IMG/VR virus record: IMGVR_UViG_3300044929_000080
DNA: 64,000 nt
Reading direction: 5' to 3' (one strand)
DNA from: a virus
Taxonomy: Duplodnaviria > Heunggongvirae > Uroviricota > Caudoviricetes
Positions 8,908 to 18,362 of the stretch are shown one piece after another; position 1 is the stretch's first letter; each line of letters opens with the position of its first letter. The notes beneath the pieces were generated by a model that saw nothing but the letters and a program-made list of their open reading frames with translations, searched no databases and was not told the DNA's origin. The position numbers and the translations under genes were made by a program.

Positions 8908-11900
8908 GTGCATCTTTTGACCCGCATTTGTCTGCAAAACTGGTATCTCATTGATGCCAAAGACATCGAAATCGATGGTGCTACCGCTCTTGTCGGACCT
9001 ACTGGTGCGGGCAAATCATCCATTCAGGATGCAATACAAACAATTATCACTGGCGCTAACCAAAACCGCTTGAACCTCAACCCAAGTGCTAGTGGGCGTT
9101 CTGCAAGATCGGTGTTGGAATATTGCCTTGGCTTGACGAAAGACCCTGCAGAAGGCGGTAAGCCATTACGTTCAAGCTGCGAAACGGTTTTGGCCCTCGT
9201 TTTCCGTGATGAAGAAACCAAGGAGCCTGTCACTGTTGGAATAGCCATGTCCGCGCGTGAAGGCGATTCACGCGAAGAAGTTCTCTCCCGCTTCATCGTC
9301 CCAGGTCATGCCTATTCAGTAGAAAACGCTAAGCGCCGGATCGGCTCCCGTGAGACACTCGCGACATGGGCGGAAGTGTCAGCTTCCATTCGTAAAAATC
9401 ATCCTCAGATGGAAGAATACCGAACTTCAGCTGAGAAGTTCACAAATGACATGTTGAAAGTGATGCGCGGTGCGGGACACACCCCTAACGTCCGTCACTT
9501 CCTACGGTCATTTTCAAACGCTCTCGCGTTTCGCCCAATCTTCGATCCCACGACATTCGTGCGAGATTTCGTACTTGAACCAGATCCTCTTGATGTGGAG
9601 CGTGTTAGGACATCGATTAACACGTGGCAAGAACTTGAACGGATCATTGAGGACGTCGAAGCACGACTACGTCGCATAACCAGACTTTCAGATCGTTTTC
9701 GCAATTGGGGACGCGCACGGATGCGCAGTGAGGCAGCTCGTTTCACTTCTGCCGTAGCCGAGACACGACGCACGGCGCACGATGTTCTTGCTCTCAAAGA
9801 AATCCTGAAACGCAAATCACAAGAACTCTCCACAGAAAGAACAGCCCTTTCAACCCGCAGGCAGTGGGTTAAGGAACTTGATGATGATATCCGTGCAAAA
9901 CGTTCGCTAGCTCAAGCAGGCGATGAAGCGGCACGGCTTCGGCAAATCGAGGTCGAGAGCAAGCTAGCGGAGAGAGACTCTACTGACGCGAGAAATCGTT
10001 ACAAAAAGTTGCGAGAAGCCCTGACATCGATTGCTCAGCTGGCTCCAATCAAGCCACTTATGACGCCAACACAAGCTCATGCTCTTGAATCAGCCAAAGA
10101 AGCCGCTCGGCTGATGTCAGACGGGTTCGATCCTGCGGAAGCAATGAGAGCCAAAGGCGTTCAGATACAAGAACTGGTAGATATCGTCGTTGGAATTGAA
10201 GGTCTCGAAGTTTTCCTTCATGAAAAAGCCGACGCATTGATGGAAGAACTCCGGACACTACAGGAAAAGGCTGAACACCTCGAACAAATGCTCAGCCGTA
10301 GCGGTGGTGGAAATGCAATTCTGTCACCTCAGGCAACTAAATTACTTGGCACTCTTGCTCGTAAACACATGGACCCCATTCCATTGTGTGATGTTGTTGA
10401 TGTGTCCGATGAAAGTTGGCAATACGCAATTGAATCACTGCTTGGTCGTGGACGTGAGGCCATTATCGTCGAACCAGATCGGTTGGATGAAGCTTTCGAT
10501 TTAATGTGGCAAGACAGAGACGCCTATTCAGGCTGTACATTAGTTAAAACTACAGCCACGCATTCAATTTCTCTTCACACGCCGCCAGGAAGCATTCTCG
10601 AATCTGTTGTCACTGAAAATGATCACGCAGCCGCGTTTTTATCGGTTCGTATTGGTTCATTCAGGAAAGCAGAAACAGAAGCAGACCTGACCCACTTAGA
10701 GAGAGGGGTCATGCGTAATGGTAAAACTTCATCGGGAATGGGACTCTCAGTACAGCGGAACCTGCGTGAACTGGTTCTCGGCCGCAACGCTCGCGAGAAA
10801 ACAAACGAAGCGTTACGTAACGATCTGACTCCTATTCGTGAGAAGCTTCACGAACTACGCACATCGACCAAGTTGTTACGCGAGGCATCACGGATCATCC
10901 CAATTGCAATCGATGCGATAAAGAATGGCCAATCACCGTTTGATCTTGAACACTCCCTCAATGCAGCCAAACAAAGGCTCGTAGCTCTTCACCAGAGCAA
11001 ATCGTCAATTGGAAATACTGAAGCAAAAGTGCTTCTCGAAGACATCGAAGCGATGGAGAGTGATCGCGAACTTTATCAAACAGAGATATCGCAAGAGATA
11101 GAACCGAACGTTGAACGCCTTCAGGGAGAAGTCGCCTCTGCTCGTGCCAAGCTCGATCATGCTCTGGAACAAATTCGCACATCGATCAAGCAGCGCAAGA
11201 AGTCTTGGGAGAACATCAACAGCCCAGAAATCCAGCGTATTCCAGATTTCGATCCTGAAATAGACGAACCCAATGCCATTGGGACGCTTAAAAAGATTCG
11301 CGCTGATATCCGTCGTGGTGAGGAAGACAGAAAAGATCCGAAATCTTGGCTCGCTTCGATGCGGAACGACAATAAAGCTATCGCGGAAAACACAGAAGCC
11401 GAACTTCGCAGGGAGCAGGCAGGCGCTATTCGCGAAATGGCCGAGTATTCTGCAAACTGGGAAACAGAAGTCCCGAAGATTGAGCCTGACAACATGACCA
11501 TCGGTTACGCCTGGGTGATGGGAGAACAGTCACGCCTGCAAAATAACGAACTGCGAAAACATCGTGATGCATGCGCCCAAGCCGCTGACGAAATGCGAAG
11601 AATGTTGAAAGAAGATTTGCTCACGCGACTGGCCGAGAAGTTAAACAAAGTTCATCAGCGTATGGATACATTGAACAGCTTTTTGTCCAGACACAGATTT
11701 ACGGGGCAAACTTACACGTTCGAGTCGGAAGTCAATCAGCGCTTTGCCTTAATGCACGATCTGGCGATGAAGATTGGAGGGCAATCGAATGATGAGCCTG
11801 TCGCTCTTGACGACGAAGAAATATCAAACGCTGTAACTGAACTCGAAGGGATGATTGAAGGAGCCGAAGACGCGGCAACTCTGGCAGACTATCGTCAGTA

Positions 11901-12372
11901 TTTTGTCTTCGAAATCATCATGACTGACGCCGCTGGAGGAAGGACGTCTTTGTCTTCTCGTGCGGTTAAAGGCTCAGGTGGTGAAGCACAGGCCCCATTC
12001 TATGTTGCTATTGCGGCATCGCTCGCCAGCGCCTACTTCCCTGGCCATAACGGACATGGCAGACCGACAGGTATGGGGCTTGCGCTGTTCGATGAGGCTT
12101 TCAACAAGCTAGACGTGCCTAACACACAAGCGCTTCTGACATTCTTCAAAGACATGGGTCTCCAGCTCATGATCGCTGGCCCAGAAGACAAGCGAGCAAC
12201 CTTCACCGAAGTTCTCGACACCATTGTACTGGTTAACAAGTCACTGGATGCGAGTACGGTTTACGTGGACGCGGAATATCCAGGCATGAAAGCCAGAGAA
12301 GCCCTTGGAGAAATCAACCCAGACCATAAAGGTGTCGAGTACTTCAAACAGGCCTCGACGGCTGCAGAATAG
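8908..12372 (+). CDS. jetC: Wadjet JetC SMC-family ATPase
   Basis: 1154 aa, GTG start with RBS aaggag; Walker A 'GPTGAGKS', long coiled coils, signature 'GSGGEAQ', Walker B 'LFDEAF'. Confidence 0.9.
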   Translation: MHLLTRICLQNWYLIDAKDIEIDGATALVGPTGAGKSSIQDAIQTIITGANQNRLNLNPSASGRSARSVLEYCLGLTKDPAEGGKPLRSSCETVLALVFRDEETKEPVTVGIAMSAREGDSREEVLSRFIVPGHAYSVENAKRRIGSRETLATWAEVSASIRKNHPQMEEYRTSAEKFTNDMLKVMRGAGHTPNVRHFLRSFSNALAFRPIFDPTTFVRDFVLEPDPLDVERVRTSINTWQELERIIEDVEARLRRITRLSDRFRNWGRARMRSEAARFTSAVAETRRTAHDVLALKEILKRKSQELSTERTALSTRRQWVKELDDDIRAKRSLAQAGDEAARLRQIEVESKLAERDSTDARNRYKKLREALTSIAQLAPIKPLMTPTQAHALESAKEAARLMSDGFDPAEAMRAKGVQIQELVDIVVGIEGLEVFLHEKADALMEELRTLQEKAEHLEQMLSRSGGGNAILSPQATKLLGTLARKHMDPIPLCDVVDVSDESWQYAIESLLGRGREAIIVEPDRLDEAFDLMWQDRDAYSGCTLVKTTATHSISLHTPPGSILESVVTENDHAAAFLSVRIGSFRKAETEADLTHLERGVMRNGKTSSGMGLSVQRNLRELVLGRNAREKTNEALRNDLTPIREKLHELRTSTKLLREASRIIPIAIDAIKNGQSPFDLEHSLNAAKQRLVALHQSKSSIGNTEAKVLLEDIEAMESDRELYQTEISQEIEPNVERLQGEVASARAKLDHALEQIRTSIKQRKKSWENINSPEIQRIPDFDPEIDEPNAIGTLKKIRADIRRGEEDRKDPKSWLASMRNDNKAIAENTEAELRREQAGAIREMAEYSANWETEVPKIEPDNMTIGYAWVMGEQSRLQNNELRKHRDACAQAADEMRRMLKEDLLTRLAEKLNKVHQRMDTLNSFLSRHRFTGQTYTFESEVNQRFALMHDLAMKIGGQSNDEPVALDDEEISNAVTELEGMIEGAEDAATLADYRQYFVFEIIMTDAAGGRTSLSSRAVKGSGGEAQAPFYVAIAASLASAYFPGHNGHGRPTGMGLALFDEAFNKLDVPNTQALLTFFKDMGLQLMIAGPEDKRATFTEVLDTIVLVNKSLDASTVYVDAEYPGMKAREALGEINPDHKGVEYFKQASTAAE

Positions 12373-12379
12373 CATATGC

Positions 12380-12406
12380 GCCGCTGTGGGAGTTACCTGC
12401 AGCGGC
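12380..12406. terminator. Hairpin between convergent jetC and a hypothetical gene
   Basis: GCCGCTGTGGG-agtta-CCTGCAGCGGC, 11 bp including two G-U pairs. Confidence 0.6.
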
Positions 12407-12417
12407 ATTCAACTGGA

Positions 12418-12999
12418 CTAGAATTTGAATGATGGTCCAAGGGCAGAATCAACCCAACTTTGGAACTCAGATACCGGTACATCGAAACCAACCGTGACAT
12501 TGCCATCACTATCTGCGTAAGCGGCGATCAAGCGAGCCTCATCATCTCCATCTATCTTTGCTCGCAGCAGGTAGCTGGCATCTTTCGCATAAGCTTCGCG
12601 GAATAGATACTTAACGCCTTCACCAAATGAATTGATGATATGCTCATCAGAAGTACCCATACGCTTTTCAAGAACATCGATTACCCGTCTTCCTTCAGAA
12701 TTGTGTGAAGGCATATAGCGCGCGCAGGCGACTTCAACAGGCAAACTGGAACGTATGCGAACTTGTAATTGTTCATCAGCAGGATACGCTAGCCAAGCAG
12801 TCCCAAAAACAAGTTCATGGCCATCACAGGTAGCTGTTGCTGCAATCAAATCCAGACGAGGCATGCCGATTTCACTCATGTGACTGAAGACTACCTGCCC
12901 CTCTTCGTTGAGGGTGGTGTAAATCGCCTTTTCAAAACGATCTTTAAGATCGAAATCTCGGCCAGAAACTGGAACGGATTTTAACTGGTAGTCACTCAT
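12418..12999 (-). CDS. Hypothetical protein
   Basis: Start moved to ATG 12999 (RBS aaggag); 193 aa. Confidence 0.65.
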   Translation of the reverse strand: MSDYQLKSVPVSGRDFDLKDRFEKAIYTTLNEEGQVVFSHMSEIGMPRLDLIAATATCDGHELVFGTAWLAYPADEQLQVRIRSSLPVEVACARYMPSHNSEGRRVIDVLEKRMGTSDEHIINSFGEGVKYLFREAYAKDASYLLRAKIDGDDEARLIAAYADSDGNVTVGFDVPVSEFQSWVDSALGPSFKF

Positions 13000-13135
13000 C
13001 TCATTCTCCTTCTTAAGAAGAATTATCCTAAAATTTGTGAGCAAGAAACAACCAATTTCATTTGACCAGATAATATTTGTTTTATTAAAAAAATATTTGA
13101 GCGACAATAAATATAAATTGATTGAAGAGGCCAGA

Positions 13136-14239
13136 ATGATGGCAAAAACTCGTTTGCAGGAATATATTATAAGCCCTATTTCCATGGCACGCTGGTTACT
13201 CGTTCTAGTTGTAACATCTGGAATCTATTTTTTCCATGGTTTTATTGCTCCTGTTTTAGCCGCTTTGGTAATCGGTTTCGCAAGCTGGCCACTCTACAAA
13301 AAATTTCTGAATTTAATTAACGGACGACGAACCCTTGGTGCATCCATTGCCATCGCATTTATTGTATCATTTATCGTCGGTCCTATATCAATGGCACTCA
13401 GCTATGCGATTGCAGAGTTAGGGACATGGGTGAAATGGCTCATGAAGGTGAACAAGGATGGTGCCGAAACGCCAGCTTGGATCGCAAATCTCCCATCCAT
13501 CGGCCCCAATTTGAGTGAAATATGGAACCTGCACCTTGGACAACCTGGTGCTTTCAATGAACTCGGAGCGATTTTCGGGTCAAATATAGGCAATATTTCA
13601 AAAACCGTTTTAGCCGCTGGCGGTACTGCTTTTAGTTTAATCCTTTCGCTCGTGTTCATGCTGATCACCCTGTTTTTCGTTTATCGAAATGGCGCGTCAA
13701 TTGCGGCACAGGTGAACAAGGTTGGTGAATTCGTATTGCCGGGGAAATGGGAGCGTTTCTCAGGCGTTGTTCCAGCCACAATCAGCTCCACTGTCACAGG
13801 AATGACCGTAATAGCTATTGGAGAAGGCATCGTACTCGGGATTGCCTATTGGATCGCAGGAGCGCCTTCTCCGATCACTTTAGGCGTCGTGACGGCATTT
13901 ATGGCTCTCATACCAGGCGGAGCTCCGCTGTCATTCACGATGGTTTCCATGTACCTAGTGGGAAGCGGCGCTCCCATTGCTGGCACGGCGCTATTTGTCT
14001 GGGGCGCGGTGGAACTCTTCATTGTCGACAAGACGCTTCGACCGAAACTCGTCGGCGGACCAATCAAGCTGCCGTTCCTACCTACTTTCTTCGGCCTTAT
14101 CGGCGGCGTTAAGACTATGGGATTTCTTGGGCTTTTCCTCGGCCCCGTCCTTATGGCGCTTTTGGTTGCAATATGGCGTGAGTGGGTTCGCGAAATTGAA
14201 ATTGAACGGAACGAAAAACAAAATATGGAAGATAAATAA
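13136..14239 (+). CDS. AI-2E (PerM/YdiK) family transporter
   Basis: Multi-TM protein; 'PVLAALVIGFASWPLY', 'DKTLRPKLVGG..KLPFLPTFFGLIGGV..MGFLGLFLGP'; probable start ATG 13136 after gaagagg. Confidence 0.9.
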   Translation: MMAKTRLQEYIISPISMARWLLVLVVTSGIYFFHGFIAPVLAALVIGFASWPLYKKFLNLINGRRTLGASIAIAFIVSFIVGPISMALSYAIAELGTWVKWLMKVNKDGAETPAWIANLPSIGPNLSEIWNLHLGQPGAFNELGAIFGSNIGNISKTVLAAGGTAFSLILSLVFMLITLFFVYRNGASIAAQVNKVGEFVLPGKWERFSGVVPATISSTVTGMTVIAIGEGIVLGIAYWIAGAPSPITLGVVTAFMALIPGGAPLSFTMVSMYLVGSGAPIAGTALFVWGAVELFIVDKTLRPKLVGGPIKLPFLPTFFGLIGGVKTMGFLGLFLGPVLMALLVAIWREWVREIEIERNEKQNMEDK

Positions 14240-14910
14240 TGGGAAGTGATGTCACGATTGGAATGCGGACGAAAAAAGGCAAAGTCATCTGCGCAAATTC
14301 ATATAGCCATGTTTTCAACCGCATCATGATGGAGACAGATCTCGTCACTCCAAGTGAGCACAGTTTTCGGAAACTCCTCATGAGCTATATTGACGATAAG
14401 AGTTACGGCCCCACCTCACTGAAATTGCAGGCAGGCGGATTATTCTTCGTCGATTTCAAAGAAAAAGTTATCTTCGACGCTCAGACGATCACCAATTTCT
14501 CTGAGCTATCGCTTGATATGGTCCGCCAATTACTTTTAAACAATCCGAAGCAATTCAGACGATATGTGCCGCATTTTTCACATGTAATTGACTGGCCGGA
14601 GAAACAATCTCCTAGGACATTCCCTGTTACTTACTCCGTGAAGGAATTAAAGCGGGCTAAAAATCGTAAAGAGCTTTGGGAGGCCATGGACACTACGACT
14701 TCCATGATGACACTTTCCAACTACCACAACGGTGAGTTCATCACGGTTGCGCGTGCTTTCGGTCCAGACAGAGAATTCGTGAGCTTGCGTATTGCGCTTC
14801 CTAATATAAGGGTACTTTCGTACAATCCTTCCGAAAAATCTGAAGTTTCCCGTCTTGAAAGCGATTTAAAATCAATTTCTGGACTGGTCGACAGTGTTAG
14901 CTCAGAATAG
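14239..14910 (+). CDS. Hypothetical protein
   Basis: 223 aa ORF whose start overlaps the previous stop. Confidence 0.65.
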   Translation: MGSDVTIGMRTKKGKVICANSYSHVFNRIMMETDLVTPSEHSFRKLLMSYIDDKSYGPTSLKLQAGGLFFVDFKEKVIFDAQTITNFSELSLDMVRQLLLNNPKQFRRYVPHFSHVIDWPEKQSPRTFPVTYSVKELKRAKNRKELWEAMDTTTSMMTLSNYHNGEFITVARAFGPDREFVSLRIALPNIRVLSYNPSEKSEVSRLESDLKSISGLVDSVSSE

Positions 14911-14939
14911 CCAATTAATGCATAACGATAACACTCCGA

Positions 14940-14972
14940 CCGCATACTAACTAAACCGATGTTAGTATGCGG
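14940..14972. terminator. Inverted repeat, probable terminator
   Basis: CCGCATACTAAC-taaaccgat-GTTAGTATGCGG, 12-bp perfect arms; no clear U-tract. Confidence 0.55.
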
Positions 14973-15009
14973 CTAATAGTTAGTAATTATTATCGATAGG
15001 AACCCTGCC

Positions 15010-15180
15010 ATGAAACAGAATTCGACCTCTGAAAAGCGTTCAACCAATTGCAAGAATCCGAGTAATTTCGGCACTGACCTCGAACGAGATTTAGTATACC
15101 CACAGATCTTTGCTGCTTCAGACCTATCCGCTATGAGGGCGCTGGTTGAAAAGGTCTTCGGTCCCATAAGCACTGAGTAG
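15010..15180 (+). CDS. Small ORF (56 aa) below track cutoff
   Basis: MKQNSTSEKR...VFGPISTE*, RBS aggaa upstream, fills the gap up to the convergent stop at 15183. Confidence 0.4.
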   Translation: MKQNSTSEKRSTNCKNPSNFGTDLERDLVYPQIFAASDLSAMRALVEKVFGPISTE

Positions 15181-15182
15181 GA

Positions 15183-16199
15183 TCAACTTCCTTGCCGAGT
15201 AACGGTATCAACTCGGCAACGCTGCAAGAAGCTCGCCGAAAAAGTAATCTTTGGCTTAGTGCCCTTGAAATCGACCGAGTAGGTGAAAAGTTCAACTCCG
15301 CTTTGCTTCAGTGCATGTTTCATCGTTTCAGACACCTCTGCCAAGTCTGGCACGAGCAAGATCGGTATCATGTCGGTTGGTAAGCCAATGAGATGAGGGT
15401 AAAGCGCCAGCTGACCAACAGCTGTGTAAAGGTCGTATGGCGTGATCCCAGTTTTGATTTCGATGAGAAGATTTGCGTTTCGGACAATGCCATCGAGTTC
15501 GAAACCGTTAGCTCCTATCTTCTCCAGCCTATCGCCAAGATTATTTTTCAACGCTTCCCAAACGAAGCCATGAAGTGCTTGCACTTCCCGACTGCCTACG
15601 ACGTAGTTTGCAATATAGGTTTTACCTTTCTCACTAAGACCAAGAGAAAACGTCTCAACTAGCCTAGATTCAGCGGAACCAAAATTGTTGTAACGCGCCG
15701 TCGCACAAGACGTAACAAATGCGACAGTCTGAACAATGATTTCATCAGCAGTTCCAGAAAGATCGGCAACCTTGAACCATTTCTTCTTTGAATGACGTCC
15801 GTTTAACGTCAATTCAACGGGAACCAGTTGGGTTCGCTTCTCAAACTCATCAGTAATCGCGTCCGAAATATTATTAGAATTAAGCCGTCCAGCTCTTAAG
15901 ATTATCAACGAACCTTTGGCATCACGTCCGATGATGGTATGTGGGCCGTCCTCACCTCTCGCCCCATTGGGAAGTGATATTTTCACAATATTATTGGATG
16001 GATCGGATCGCAAACCAAACACGACTTGGTTTTTGATTTGTCCAGTTTCACCGTGACCATAATTGTTGAAGGAAATAGACGTATTATTTATCCACCAGAA
16101 GCGGCCTCTGAAGGAACTGGCTTCTACGAGTTGTTTAACCCAAGAGAAATATGCTGAATTAATTTCTAATTGATTGGTAACAATCTCAATCATAATCAT
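15183..16199 (-). CDS. PD-(D/E)xK restriction-endonuclease-like protein
   Basis: C-terminal 'ELDG...LIEIKT...DLYTAVGQLALY' motif set. Confidence 0.7.
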   Translation of the reverse strand: MIMIEIVTNQLEINSAYFSWVKQLVEASSFRGRFWWINNTSISFNNYGHGETGQIKNQVVFGLRSDPSNNIVKISLPNGARGEDGPHTIIGRDAKGSLIILRAGRLNSNNISDAITDEFEKRTQLVPVELTLNGRHSKKKWFKVADLSGTADEIIVQTVAFVTSCATARYNNFGSAESRLVETFSLGLSEKGKTYIANYVVGSREVQALHGFVWEALKNNLGDRLEKIGANGFELDGIVRNANLLIEIKTGITPYDLYTAVGQLALYPHLIGLPTDMIPILLVPDLAEVSETMKHALKQSGVELFTYSVDFKGTKPKITFSASFLQRCRVDTVTRQGS

Positions 16200-16305
16200 C
16201 CCTCACTACCCAGTCGGGTTCATACACTGCGTACCTAGGAAAGAGCAAGAACCTCGAACCATTTTTCGGATAGATAAAAAGGCGACGTCGAAACGCCGCC
16301 TTCAC

Positions 16306-16860
16306 TCATTTCCATCTTGTCTTTCGGTAGTTTTTCCAGTTATCGCCACGACGTGCATGTGCAACATCATCGTAATATGTAGGAAGATTACAACGACGAC
16401 CACGAATACGGACGCCAAGATCATTCTCTTCCTCCGTAACTGCAAGGTTCATTCGCAGCTCCTGAGCCGTCCTCATATGGCGATCCCAACCACGACGAGA
16501 TCTCGATTTTCGGATATTGGGAACAGGATAACGACGGAAATGATCTTCCGAAACGTGTTCTTTACTCCAGGATCGTCGTTTGATCCGCGAAGCGCGAATT
16601 TTCTCTGCAACCTGCCTTACAACGAGTGGAGAAATCAGATCACCACAACCGTCATAGAACCAGATTTTGTAGCGAGGACCCAAACAACCATATTCATCGA
16701 CAACATAAGAAGTGTTCACCGAAAATTTCAGATTGTGAGTTCCCCAATTCCAAACTGCCGATGGCAAATTAGGATAAGTCCGCTTTTCATTTTGCAAAAA
16801 GCTGGACACGTGAATGGTAATCGGACCAATTACCAAATCCCGAGGTTCATGATAATGCAT
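16306..16860 (-). CDS. Basic hypothetical protein of phage/megaplasmid type
   Basis: Arg/Lys/Trp-rich C-terminus 'FRRYPVP...RTAQE...RGRR.NLPTYYDD...NWKNYRKTRWK'. Confidence 0.6.
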   Translation of the reverse strand: MHYHEPRDLVIGPITIHVSSFLQNEKRTYPNLPSAVWNWGTHNLKFSVNTSYVVDEYGCLGPRYKIWFYDGCGDLISPLVVRQVAEKIRASRIKRRSWSKEHVSEDHFRRYPVPNIRKSRSRRGWDRHMRTAQELRMNLAVTEEENDLGVRIRGRRCNLPTYYDDVAHARRGDNWKNYRKTRWK

Positions 16861-17079
16861 TTACTTCTCCATTAGGTGGTTACCTAACGGAAAAAGGATT
16901 TTTCATTTCGCATGGACAATCTCCATAATTGCCAAACTATTAAATTAAAGCCGACAGAAGCCCGCTAGCTTTAATTGTTTTTAGCAAAATTGATTACCAA
17001 ATGAAAGCTATTTAATTCGATTATTTGCTTTTTTCGTGTTCCAACTGTTTTAATGGGATTAAAGATTTTGGAGTTTATT

Positions 17080-17634
17080 ATGCCTGCATTTATGAAGCAT
17101 GACCGCGTGGAATTTTCTGCGAACAATAAGGTTGTTTATGGAACAGTAAGAAAAAGCGGAACATCCATGTGTGAGATTGTTCAAGATGGTGCAAAATCAG
17201 TATTCAAAGTACCTAACAAACTTTTAGCGCCCTCGCCAAGTCAACTTCCGGAACTTCCAAAACACCCAATGGATGCGTGGGCCATAAATAAATATAAGTC
17301 ATCCAAAAATTCAAATCGTGAAACACAATGTTTTACGGCGGAGATAACGCACAACGGGGAAACAGTGATTTACGCACAAAATGATGGAAATGGATGTTGT
17401 ATCAGATATTTTGCCATTAACGGACAGTATACAATTGTTGCGCAGTTTGAAGCGGATGCTAAACAATGGCTGATAGATCACGGAATGCCAGAAGATCGCG
17501 CAATTGAAGCAGGAAATATATGGCTAGGCTGGAAAGTAGAACGAGCAGTTTACGCGGGGAGTGCTGAAGATTACGTCAGCGAATGGAAAGAAGCCCTAGG
17601 TATTGAGTTAGACCATGCAGATATGAAAATGTAG
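17080..17634 (+). CDS. Hypothetical protein
   Basis: Start ATG 17080 with RBS ggag; 'ETQCFTAEI...NDGNG' motif. Confidence 0.65.
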   Translation: MPAFMKHDRVEFSANNKVVYGTVRKSGTSMCEIVQDGAKSVFKVPNKLLAPSPSQLPELPKHPMDAWAINKYKSSKNSNRETQCFTAEITHNGETVIYAQNDGNGCCIRYFAINGQYTIVAQFEADAKQWLIDHGMPEDRAIEAGNIWLGWKVERAVYAGSAEDYVSEWKEALGIELDHADMKM

Positions 17635-17689
17635 ATTTTGCCATTTTTATAGGCGATAATTAGTTACAAATTTTATTTCGGAACCCATC

Positions 17690-18211
17690 ATGCTGCATGG
17701 AAATGAAAAAATTTATTGGCAGGCAAGTCCAAGCAAAATTGCAATAATATTCACCCCCGGTATTTTGATTGAAATAATCGTGGCGGCAGCTTTGTTACAT
17801 CCATTCATAACAGGGTCTGTCAGTAATATTGTCAATAGTATTCCTGTTTTGGGCGTAATAGGTGTGCTTGCACCTTACATCCCATCTGGTCTGGTAATTC
17901 TGGCCGCAATTTGGCATTTCCTGACGAAGGCCACTCTCCAATACATATTTACCAGTGAGCGGCTCATCATTCGTTACGGCGTTTTAGTACGCACAGAAGA
18001 CGAAATCGAACTCTATCGTGTCATTGATGCAATCCATACAATCAATATTTTTCAGAGATTAATCGGGGTCGGTACAGTAACAGTTACGTCGTCTGACAAA
18101 ACTGGAACTGTCGTCATGAACTCTATTTATGATCCATCTCGTGTTAGAAATGGGCTTAGAAAACTTTCCGAACGCTGCAAATCAAAACGAGGTGTTCGTA
18201 TTCTTGAATAA
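17690..18211 (+). CDS. Membrane protein with bacterial PH domain (bPH_2 type)
   Basis: Two TM segments then 'YIFTSERLIIRYGVL...EIELYRV...IFQRLIGVGTV'. Confidence 0.8.
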   Translation: MLHGNEKIYWQASPSKIAIIFTPGILIEIIVAAALLHPFITGSVSNIVNSIPVLGVIGVLAPYIPSGLVILAAIWHFLTKATLQYIFTSERLIIRYGVLVRTEDEIELYRVIDAIHTINIFQRLIGVGTVTVTSSDKTGTVVMNSIYDPSRVRNGLRKLSERCKSKRGVRILE

Positions 18212-18216
18212 ATGCA

Positions 18217-18245
18217 TTGACAGTTTTCGTATATATTTTTATCTT
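18217..18245 (+). promoter_or_regulatory. Sigma70-type promoter of the tyrS leader
   Basis: TTGACA (18217-22), 17-bp spacer, TATCTT (18240-45); predicted start near 18252, the A of the leader ATG. Confidence 0.65.
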
Positions 18246-18251
18246 AATTAT

Positions 18252-18305
18252 ATGTGCAAGATCGTGAACCACTTTTCTGTTTATTATTACGGCCCGCTCA
18301 CCTAG
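18252..18305 (+). CDS. Putative tyrS leader peptide MCKIVNHFSVYYYGPLT
   Basis: 17-codon ORF with tandem TAT TAT TAC at 18282-90, about 100 nt upstream of tyrS; no SD, likely leaderless. Confidence 0.75.
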   Translation: MCKIVNHFSVYYYGPLT

Positions 18306-18362
18306 CGGACAGCCGTCGATCTCACATGCATCGATGTCACCGCTAATCGGGACATCGATTTT
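18294..18362 (+). promoter_or_regulatory. Attenuator: alternative 1:2, 2:3 and 3:4 hairpins
   Basis: CCGCT(18294-98)/AGCGG(18304-08); TAGCGG(18303-08)/CCGCTA(18340-45) with TCGAT(18316-20)/ATCGA(18330-34); ATCGATGTC(18330-38)/GACATCGAT(18351-59) followed by a short T run. Confidence 0.7.

Noticed and set aside
12418-12999. Candidate jetD next to jetC
   Set aside because: Opposite strand, only 193 aa, and no Toprim-like motifs.
13037-13185. Long N-terminal extensions of the divergent ORFs 12418-13185 and 13037-14239
   Set aside because: They overlap each other in AT-rich promoter DNA; RBS-bearing starts at 12999 and 13136 are more plausible.
16174-16875. 233-aa plus-strand ORF and the many other 60-230 aa ORFs antisense to or nested in recognised genes (e.g. 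8436-9023, 27166-27861, 58334-58873)
   Set aside because: Shadow frames of better-supported genes, with no motifs or RBS.
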